Shown here one piece after another: positions 54,116 to 64,000 of a DNA stretch of 64,000 nt (positions are counted from its first letter, which is position 1; each line of letters begins with the position of its first letter). Origin of the DNA: Octopus vulgaris (Eukaryota); NCBI GenBank assembly GCA_951406725.2, contig OX597822.1, positions 38,502,001 to 38,566,000 on the forward strand, given 5' to 3'. A program made the translations under genes and the position numbers. Under the pieces are notes generated by a model. It was not told the DNA's origin and searched no databases. It saw nothing but the letters and a program-made list of their open reading frames with translations.

Positions 54116-56029
54116 TAAGGGTTATACTGAAAGTAATGCAAAAGTGAGCATAAACTTTCCATTAACTGACATAGTTTGTTCAAATTGTACATGTTGGTAG
54201 AGTAATTCTTCCTCTACACAACATAGTCTCCAACACAGGCAATGCATATACACCTTCATTAAACCCAACTCTCAAACCCTCTTTGGAAATATTCAGGTGT
54301 GCAATGTTGTACCTACTTCTTCACAGTTACTTTCATCACATCCGTGTCATTGAATCATTGTTCCTGAAGACTGTCCTTCATTGGATCAAACAGGAGGAAG
54401 TTGGAAGGTATCAGATCCAAGCTGTATGGCAGACAAGTGAAACCACTGACCAGACTAATTTGTTAATTGCTTGATTTGTTGCCAAAAATGTGTGGCGAAC
54501 GTCAATCATTTTCAAATTCTTGTGTGATTTCTTCTTCCTAATAACTTCTCTTAGCTTTTTTGAGTATCACAATGTTCACTTCACCCTTAGTGGTACAGTC
54601 ATGCTCCAGAAAATCAAGGAGAATGATGCTCTTTTATCACCATAACTATCTTTACTGGTTCCTGGCTCTTGTCCTCTTATCTCTTGAAGAGATGTGATAC
54701 CATTCTATGAACTGAGCCCTTCATCTCTGGATCAAAAAGATATGCCCATATTTCATTACCTGTTGCCAGAATGATAAAATATGACGTCTTCTTTGGCTTC
54801 AAATGTTTCCAACAGATCAGAAGTGACTTCCACCTTTCACCTTTTCAAATTAGGTGCCAATGTCTGAAGTACTCACTTTGCATATATCTTCTTATGCCCA
54901 AAGTCTTCCATCATCTACTCTATTGCATTGTGACCACAACTAGTCGTGCAACAAGCTTATGGATTGTAACTTGTCTGCATGGATCAATTCATCTGCTCAT
55001 TGGAAATTCATGTCAGTTGATCATCTCCCATTGCATGGTTTGGCTTCAAAGCTAGTTTTCATTTCCTTAAACTTCTTCACCCATCTTCAGTGCACAATGT
55101 CATCTCTGTGGACCAGTGGTTCTCAACCAAAGTCCATATAAGATTTTTTTGCTAAAATTTATATCCAATAAATTGCTTACACTTCATACAATGCTCTTAA
55201 TATTTCAAGAATTTTAATATGATTCCTAATAATGAAAATACAATAGAATTTTTTTTACACTGAAGTTACTTGATGACCCTGCCAATGCTGGTGTCACATA
55301 GAAAGCATCCAGTCCACACTGCAAAATGGTTGGCATTTGGAAGAGCATCCAGCTATAAAAACCATGCCAAATCCGACCTCGCCTGTGCTGGTGCCATGTG
55401 AAAAAGCATTAAGTCCACTCTGTGGGGTGGTTGGTGTCAGGAAGGGCATCCAGCTGTAAAAACCATGCCAAATCTGACCTCGCCTGTGCTGGTGTCACAT
55501 GAAAAAGCACTAAGTCCACCCTGCGGGGTGGTTGGTGTTAGGAAGGGCATCCAGCTGTAAAAACCACGCCAAACCAGACACAGAAGTCTGGTGCATTTTC
55601 TGCCTGGTCAGTTCCTGTCAAACTGTCCAACTCATACCAGCATGGAAGGTAGATGTTAAACAATGACGCTGCTGCTGTTGCTGAAGATGATGATGATGAA
55701 TGGCTACAAGGGTTCAACCAAGCAAAATAGGAATCAAAGAGGTCTATAGGTAAAAAAAAAAAATGATTGAGAACTACTGCTGTGAACAAATCAGAGCCCT
55801 CAGTGGATGTCAGAAGGCCTGGACAACCTGCAACCCCCGTCCTTTGTCAAGAACTCTATAACATGTTACTTAAGCTTGGAACCTATTGTTTGCCTGTGAT
55901 GAAGAAGAACAGGAAGAAGAATTACTAGAGAGGAAGAGTTACTCTATCAATAAACGCAAGTTGAATGACATATGTCAGTTAATAAAAAAGGTTATGCCCA
56001 CTTTTGTATTAATTTCCGTACATCCCTCA
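54116..56029 (-). mobile_element. Decayed full-length mariner (Tc1/mariner) with nested hAT MITE and family-C repeats (about 55113-55785)
   Basis: ~40-bp TIRs TA|taagggttatactgaaagtaatgcaaaagtgagcataa and ttatgcccacttttgtattaatttccgtacatccctca|TA. Remnant motifs ATGNE.W (TGDETW) at about 54760 and PYSLDLIPSNFLLF (YSPDLAPSDF) at about 54400. About 1.25 kb once inserts are removed. Confidence 0.8.
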
Positions 56030-57513
56030 TAAGTATGTACATATGTAGATATACACACAGAGTGAGATTTAATATTCAAAACCAACAATATTTTAACTTT
56101 TCCCTTTACTTACCACCCTCTTTACCCACTTCCCTACTTTCCACACTCTCTCTGTTTGTTTCCTCTGGTGGTGTTGACGGGTGGTGGTGTTGACGGTGGT
56201 GGTGGTGTTGACGGTGGTGGTGTAGTGAATATATAGGACATGGGAAATGAAGGGGAAAGGAGGAAGATGAGGTAAGAAGAACACCAAGTGAGTGGAAATG
56301 GTGATGGTGGTGGTGGTGAGAAGAGAAAGAGAAATAGTTGATGGTAATGAGAGGGAGAGGAAGAGGAGGAGAGAGTGTCAATGGAAAGTGAAGAGAAAGA
56401 GAGGGGCAGTGTACTGACATGGAGTAAGAATAATGTGAGAAGATGGGGAGGGGAGGCATAGATGCAGGGGGGAGCAAGAAGTGGAGGAGGAGTAGGAAAT
56501 AAAAATATTGAGAGAGAGAAAGAGAGAGAGAGAGAGAAAGAGAAAAAGCGAGAGAGAACAATATGAGGGAGGTGATGTGGAGGAGAGGGTGAAGAGATAT
56601 GGTAGCTCTGAGATTGAGAAGTAGAGGATAGCAAGAAAGAAAGGAAAGACAAGGAAATAGGAGATGGTGGTGGTGGTGGTGGGGTAGATGTTACATAGAA
56701 AGGAAAATTGTACAGAATGGTGTATGGGTGAGTAGGGAGATACACAGAGTGCATGGGGGAGGGGGCACAATTATGTAGTGGTGGTGGTGGCGGCGGCGAG
56801 TTAAAATTGTGTGACGTCAGAAAGAAAAATTAAATCCTGCCAAGACATCTCCATTACTTCCATGGAGATGGTGGTGGTGGAGATGATGAGGATGATGACA
56901 AGGGTGATGATGGAGATTAAGGATGATGATGACGATGATGGTGGAGTGATGGATGTGGTGGTGATGGTGGTGAATTTGATGATGAAGTTAATACCAACCT
57001 TTACTTGAAGTGGTGATAGTGGTGATAATAAGGGTGATAGTGGAGGAGATGCTGTTGCTTCTGGTCCCATGTTACCTCCCGGCTAGCCACTACCCCTGTC
57101 AGGGACCACACTAACGAATGAGTTTTAACATTTTTGATTCTTTAGGAGGGTAGGGTGCGATTCAGGTCAGATTCGGCTGCTATTTCTAACAGGTTATGAT
57201 GTGCCAATGTGGAAATTATTTTGTTGGTACAGAACTGGTGGAGGATGATGGTCGGGAGGGGGTAGCTGAGAATGGATCTGAAGAAATTCGAAATTCTTGG
57301 GAAAAGACAAAATGTTCAGGAACTTGTCACCACCAAGCTAACAAGACGGCCATGGAGGGGAGATGCTGGGTTACTGCTACTACTACAACTACTAATGATA
57401 GTCAGAAGGGGAACGAGGGCATTCCTGGTGGTGGGGGAACAGCAGTATTGGTTTTGTTGGGTAGTGATTCTAGCTATGTGTATGTATGTATGTGTATATA
57501 TATATATATATAT

Positions 57514-57960
57514 ATCTCTTATTATAAAAGGCAGATTTTATCTGCCTCCCTTTGGGAGTTATACAAATCTACAATATAGGATTTCTTCAATTACAATTTA
57601 CCTGGCATTTTTAAGAGTACAATGCATCGCGTCATGCCAGGTCCAGTTTTTAAAATTTAAACTCCAATTAAGCAAAATTTACAGAAAACTCACATTCTGG
57701 TGTGTGTGTCAAATGCTTTTCTTAGTCTGGTTTACACCACACGCAAACGCACACACACAGTGGGCAACGAATAAAATGAAACTAATTCACTTACTGTAGT
57801 GAGTGATTCTTTCACTCTGCCTCCCACTTCCTCTTTCCACACATACACACGCAAATATATAAATAAAATTGTAAGCTAACGTGCGTGTGTGTGTGACGGT
57901 GCGTGTGTGTGCGTGTGCGTGAGTGTGTGACAGGAAAGTTTTTTTAGACGAATATAAAAC
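57514..57960 (+). mobile_element. Probable Helitron-like fragment lacking its 3' end
   Basis: Starts tctcttattataaaaggcag inside an AT microsatellite, like the other Helitron 5' ends. No CTAG end seen. Confidence 0.4.
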
Positions 57961-57979
57961 CTATATCGAAGTAGCAGAA

Positions 57980-58168
57980 AGATAAGACAGTAAGGTGTGA
58001 TTTGAGGGAGATTTGGCTGCTATTTCTACCATGTCTAGCTGCCATGTAGGGGTCTCCCTCATAGGCTCATACATACATATATACATAGATAAGACAGTAA
58101 GGTGTGATTTGGGGGAAATTTTGCTGCTATTTCTACCAGGTCTAGCTACCATGTAGAGGTCCCCCTCA
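57980..58168. repeat. Direct duplication of a ~80-bp dispersed repeat (atttggctgctatttcta family)
   Basis: agataagacagtaaggtgtgatttg...gctgctatttctacc occurs twice. The motif also appears near 18480, 19360, 47165, 49545, 57175 and 59850. Confidence 0.7.
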
Positions 58169-58459
58169 ATTCTTTTATTCTTCTGCTTTTTCCAGCCATT
58201 GCTCTGTGGCCATGCTGGGGCAATGCCTTGAAGAATTGTAGTTTAATGAATCAACTCCAGTTTTATTTTTGTAAGCATTGTACTTATTCTATCTGTTTCC
58301 TTTGTCAAACCACTAGGTGACAGGGATGTAAACAAACCAACATTCGTTGTCAAGCAGTGGTGGAGGACAATCACAAGCACAGACACGCACACACACACAC
58401 ACACATACATGCATACACATATACACACATACATATATATATATGTGTGTATATATATA

Positions 58460-58718
58460 TTGCAGCGTGGAAGGTGTTTGTAAGCCATTTAAGAAACACA
58501 CAAAAACCGTTACATTCACTTCAACATTTAAATTTAATTTGCCAAAATATTTTCGTCGCTTTGAGAACGCGACCTGTTCACTGACAAAAATATCGTGCTA
58601 ACAGGTCGCGGTCTCAAAGCGACGAAAATATTTTGACAAATTTAATTTAAATGTTGAAGTGAATCTAACGGTTTTTGTGTGTTTCTTAAATGGCTTATAA
58701 ACACCTTCAACGCTGCAA
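58460..58718. repeat. Near-perfect inverted repeat (119-bp arms, 21-nt loop)
   Basis: 58460-58578 is the reverse complement of 58600-58718 with only a handful of mismatches. Confidence 0.9.
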
Positions 58719-58882
58719 CTGTTTTCGTTCCAGCACACGATCTCAGATCAAGTCACTTGCTATGCAAGTACATCTCTGTAACTATATATATATTTATATA
58801 TATATATATATATGTATATTGGTAAAAACAGTAAGATAACAAAAGAAAGAAAGAGACCTCAATATTAAGTAAATAGAGGAAA

Positions 58883-59277
58883 TCTTTATATATAAAAGTG
58901 AGGTTGTGTGTCTGTCTCCTACGATTTAGATTCCTAACTACTCCCACATTTTGCGGTGCAGTTTAACCAAAACCGGGTATCTTATAGTCGTGATTCATAT
59001 CGAGACCGTCTGGGTATTAGCGCGCGTCTACGATGAGTCTACGATTTAAAAAAAAATTTAACATCAATTTTTCCCATTTTTAATCCATTTTTGACATATA
59101 TAAGGGAAGTAACTCTCTAAAATTTATTATTAAATCTCAGAACGTAAAAAGCTACGGTAACACCCCTCCCCCTTTGTGGTTAGCCATATTGAGATGGCTA
59201 TTATACTTTACATCTCTAAAAATGCTTATATAATTATTTCCCTTACAAACCCGAGCAACGCCGGGCGATACTGCTAG
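58883..59277 (+). mobile_element. Non-autonomous Helitron
   Basis: A|TCTTTATATATAAAA 5' end, hairpin cccgagcaacgccggg and CTAG|T 3' end. The last ~70 bp are shared with 52100-52482. Confidence 0.85.
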
Positions 59278-59499
59278 TATATATATATATGTGGTGCCCC
59301 AGCATGGTTGCAGCCTTCGGGCTAAAGGATTTTTAAGGATTTATATATATATACTTAGTTCGATTTGAAAACCCCACTAGAATGGGAGAAAGCGCTAATA
59401 TATGATCTAAGTTATATGATGTATAAAAACATGTAATATACAAATAAATATCTGTGAATATAAAAACCATCCGAATTTCTGAGTACCACATTTCTTCTA

Positions 59500-59530
<31 letters not shown>

Positions 59531-60029
59531 TGAGTGTTTTTGCTTACACACACACATCTCAGTTGGTGACTCACTCCTTAGTTACTCTGAGTTTTGTACT
59601 TGTTCAAGCTTTATCAGTGAGTGCGTGTGTGTGTGTATGTGTGTGTATTACATCTCTTTCTATCTCTCACACACATCACAAAATAAAAGTAGTTCAAGAA
59701 AGTGACAAAGGGGAGATAATCTCTCCCATGCCAATATGACAGGCTGGATTCCACATCTAAGCACTTTGAGATTTTCTGTGCCTCTATCTGTCAGACTGAC
59801 TATTTATCTGTGTGTGTGTGTGTGCGTGCGTGCGTGCTCGTGTTGTTCAGCTAGAAATAGCACACAGATTTCCCTCAAATTATACCCTACTGTCTTATAT
59901 AAAGGGCATATTAAATCATGTAATCATAAATATGTTCTAACAACATATTTATGATTACATGATGATAGTCACAAGTGGAATGGTGAAATCCCTTTCATCA
60001 TAAGATCAAAGAATAAAAACAAATACATA

Positions 60030-60279
60030 TTGTTGCTATTATGTTAAACTGTCGTATGTCTAAATTTGACCAAATGCGTTTTTTTTTTCAATATCTATTT
60101 TTGCTTGCAATAGCCAGTTCTTTTGGTCAAACTATCATATCTCCAGTTGCTTCAGATGCCAAGATATAAAAAATTGTCAAAGTGTAGTACAACGGTTTTG
60201 CTATGAAATAGTGAAACTATGTTTTCGTTTTCTGAAAAACAACATTTTGGACTTACAACACTTTTGCATGATAGCAACT
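60030..60279. mobile_element. TIR MITE
   Basis: ttgttgctattatg..aaactgtcgta pairs with tacaacacttttgcatgatagcaacta. Confidence 0.55.
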
Positions 60280-61214
60280 ATATATATATATATTCTTTTA
60301 TTCTTTGGTTTCAGTCATTTGACTGTGGCCATACTGGAGCACTGCCTTTAGTCGAACAAATCAACCCCAGGACTCTTTTGTAAGCCTAGTACTTATTCTA
60401 TCGGCCCCTTCTGCTGACCTGCTAAGTTACGGGGATGTAAACACATCAACATCAATTGTCAAGTGATGGTGGGGGACAAACACAGTCACACAATTTTTTG
60501 TTGTTTAAGAAAAATGTCCAGTTCCTTGGTTTTGTGTTTATGTTTTCGTTCCTCATTGTGTTCAACGTTTTCTTTGGTGTCCTGTACCCATATATGCATG
60601 TATATATATACATGTAGAGGTAGGTATGTACATATATGTATGTATATATGCATATGTTTTAGTTATTAATTTACTATATATATATATATATATATGACAG
60701 GCTTCTTTCAGTTTCCGTCTACCAAATCCACTCACAGGGCTTTGGTTGACCTGAGGCTATAGTAGAAGACACTTGCCCAAGGTGCCACACAGTGAGAGTG
60801 AACCCAGAACCATATGGTTGGTATGCAACACACATATGCACATAGCTTTCACTTGTTTCATTCATTTGACCATGCTAGGATATCATGTTGAGGGGTTTAG
60901 TGAAATAAAAAATTGACCCCAAAATATATTTTTTTAAGTCTGGTACTTACAAGTATTTCATCAGTCTACTTTTCCACACTGCTAAGTTATGAGGACACAA
61001 GCAAACCAACACCAGCTGTCAAGTAGTGTGTGTAAACAAACACAGACACAAAACACATACATGTATGTATACATATATATGACAATCTTCCATACAGTTT
61101 CTGTTTCCCAAATTCACTCACAAGGCATTGGTTGACTCAAAGCTATGATAGAAGATGCTTGAGGTGCTGCACTGTGGAGACCAAATCCAAAACTATGTGG
61201 TTGCAACCAGACTA

Positions 61215-61460
61215 TTGGTTGTTGTTGTACATCACTGGTCTTAGTGCACTTTGCATTGTTTTAGCTTTCGAATGATGTCACTCTGCTGGCTAGGTAATCA
61301 CAGGCCAACATTCCACCTGATCGAAAGACTATACTGTCGCAGGGTGTACCCATTTACAGCTGAGTAGACTGGACCAGCATGAAATGAAATGTTTTGCCCA
61401 AGAATACAACACACAGCATCAGGGAATGCAACACATCTGACTACAGCCGTGCGCCTTCAC
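61215..61460 (-). mobile_element. Old CORE/V-domain-like SINE remnant
   Basis: tacccatttacagctgagtagactgg...tgttttgcccaagaatacaac, i.e. GTTGTATTCTTGGGCAAAACA...ACTCAGCTGTAAATGGGTA on the minus strand. Confidence 0.5.
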
Positions 61461-62015
61461 ATGTATGTTAGTGGAATAAATAGGGGCGATACAATGTTCA
61501 CTGGTGGGACTGATGCTGGGAGTGGAATTCAAGGAGATTAGGGTTGTGAGGGGGTAGAATGAGTGAAGTGGAATGCAGTGAGAGAAACAGGTAGGGTGAA
61601 TGGAGGTGGACTGTTGTGGTTTACCCACAGGTCAGATCTGAGACTACTGATCAAAGCCACTCCACCCACGATTACCTCATCAGACAATGTATCTAGGAAC
61701 TTTCTAATCTAATGGTGAGGAGCCATGTCTCATGTTGCCTCTTTTTTGAAAAAGGTTACCTATGCTTGGCCTAAACCCTGGAAAAGACACACACACACAC
61801 AATGATATATGAGGTATTTATTCTGTCAATCTCTTTTGCCAAACTCCTAAGTTACAGGGCCATAAACACCACAACTCTTGTTCTCAAGTGGCAATTGAGG
61901 ACAAACATACACAATGACACACACATATATGGGGTTATATAATAGAAGCTATTTCTATGATGGTACAGCATCATGGAACTGAACCCAAAACTACACAGTT
62001 GTTAAATGAACTTGA

Positions 62016-62479
62016 CCCTTTTGTTACCATATTTCTTTTGAGGTGTTCTGTGTTTCTTTCAATTAAGTTTAAATTTAACAAAGAATTTAGTAAAATAACT
62101 TAGTTATCATTAAGCTAATGTTAGGAACATAAATTGTTACTAAGGTTTGGTGGAAGATTTTAATTCAAAACTTTCGAAAACAAGACATTTGTGCTACAGA
62201 GCCAGAGGCGGTTTCAGCCGGGTTGGTATCAAAAGGGTTCAATCAATCATTTGTTAACCCTTTAGTTACCATATTTCTGTTGAGATGCTCTGTGTTTCTT
62301 TCAATTAATTTTTAAAATAGCAAAGAATTTAGTAAAATAACTTAGTTAACATTAAGCTAGTGTTAGGAACACAAATTGTGACTAAGGTTTGGTGGAAGAT
62401 TATAATTCAAAACTTATGAAAACAAGACATTTGTACTACAGAGCCACAGGCAGTTTCAGCCAGGTTGGTACTGAAAGGG
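62016..62479. mobile_element. Two adjacent co-oriented 222-bp piggyBac-like MITEs (62016-62237 and 62258-62479)
   Basis: TIRs ccctttt/agttacc ... ggtat/ctgaaaggg. The second copy has an exact TTAA on both sides. Confidence 0.85.
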
Positions 62480-64000
62480 TTAAACTACACACCCAAGCCT
62501 ACATCTATAATAATAACTGTTTCAAACATAGCTAGAGAGGCTGAGATTTAGAGGAAAGATGTTAGTTGATTAAATTGTCTCAGGACTTGACTTACTTTAT
62601 CAACCTCAAAAGATGAAAGGTAAAATAAACCTTGGCAGCATTTGATCTCAGAACATAGAGAGCTGGAAAAAATACAGTGAGGCTCCAGCTGTTCTGCCAA
62701 TTCCCCACTTTTACAAGAGGGGTCTAGTGCCACATATTCTGGTGGCATGGGTAGGACAGGGAGGGGTGGGAGACAGGTGCCACATATATTACTGGTATCT
62801 TACTCAATCAATTCCATTCTTCCACTGGAAGGGTGAAAGGCAGAGTCAAAGCTGGCAAAGACAATCAGTTTACATGCATGCCACCGTGGTCTTAACACAC
62901 CTGGGTAATGATTACACTTTTAGATGTGTGGGTCTGTGTGGGAGTGTATTTAGAGGAAAAGGGGAGAGAGAGAGAGAGAGAGAAAAAGAGAGCCTTTTCA
63001 TTGCTGTGTGTGTGTGTATGCTAAAAGACTTTAGTATCTGTAACACCATACTGCAAAATGCGTAAGTGCGTGTGTGTTTGTATGCGTGTGCATATGGTCT
63101 CCCACACTCATACGTTCACTTCCACCATACAACAGTAGATCAAAGACTCCTCAAGCCTCTCCAGTGGGAATTCAACAAATGTTCCTCCCTCCCACTCACC
63201 TCGACAAAACAAAAAAAAAAATCTCTTTGGTTTCCTGTTCTTTGATAGGAATGAAGTGGTGGTGGTGGTAGTAGCAAATGTGGGGGATGGCTAAACTACA
63301 ATTTTGCTTTTAGCCGCCGCCACTGCCACCACCACACTACAATGCACACACACACACACAAACACATAATACCATTTTCATAACCTGACATTATAATCTC
63401 CAGCATCACCACCACGACCACCACCACCACCTAAAAATTATTGCTCTCACTTTCTCATCCCTTCTCTCCCTCTCTCTCTTTGCCTGAAGAGGATACAGTA
63501 ACGAGAGAGATGAGGTGAAATAATTTAACACAGATAAAAAAAAAATTAGCTCACAGTAGTAGACCCACACAATTCCTTCTAGTACTGAAAACAGCTCCCC
63601 TTTAAGGACAGAATAATTATGTCTCCTTCAACGACACAAAGATGCATTCACTAAACAGATACATTATAGAGCTTTCTTTTATTTGTTTTGGTTATTGGAC
63701 TGTGGCCATGCTGGTGCACTGCACTGAAGGGTTTTAGTTGAATGGGTCAACTCCACTAATTATTTTGACAAGCCTCGCATTTACTATATTGTTTCTCTTT
63801 TGCCAAACTGCTAAGTTACAGCGATGTAAACAAACCAACACTGGTTGTCAGCTAGTGGTGGTGGATAAACACAATTACACACACACACAATAGGCTTATT
63901 TCAATTTATTATTTCTTCATTGCCCACAAGGGGCTGAACATAGAGGTGACAAACAAGGACAGACAAAGGGATTAAGTCGATTACATCAACCCCAGTGCGC

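Noticed and set aside
56801-57070. MGPEATASPPLSPLLSPLSPLQ as the upstream MRL exon
   Set aside because: Low-complexity sequence. The available donors are phase 0, incompatible with the phase-1 acceptor at 32814.

Overview
This is eukaryotic DNA, AT-rich and dense in microsatellites and SINEs, not prokaryotic. The repeat families look like those of an octopus (coleoid cephalopod) genome, which is an inference. Almost every ORF in the track is a translation of simple repeats. One convincing host exon lies on the minus strand at 32348-32814 (AG/GT boundaries, phase 1 in, phase 0 out). It encodes the N-terminal LD-motif and Ser-rich region of an MRL-family adaptor (MIG-10/RIAM/Lamellipodin/pico-like), so most of the window is probably intron of that gene. 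The rest is transposon-derived: several tRNA-derived SINE families, CR1- and RTE-clade LINE fragments, a decayed mariner, hAT/piggyBac-like MITEs, non-autonomous Helitrons and Penelope-like hammerhead remnants. The most striking signal is a CR1 3' fragment at about 29.6-30.0 kb. It differs from a sister copy in the window mainly by clustered A-to-G changes on its sense strand, as expected if an ADAR hyper-edited RNA was reverse-transcribed into the genome. Also notable are an intact-core minimal hammerhead ribozyme on the gene's strand, candidate alternative first exons in phase with the MRL gene, and a CpG-retaining intronic domain. All alignments and counts were done by eye.
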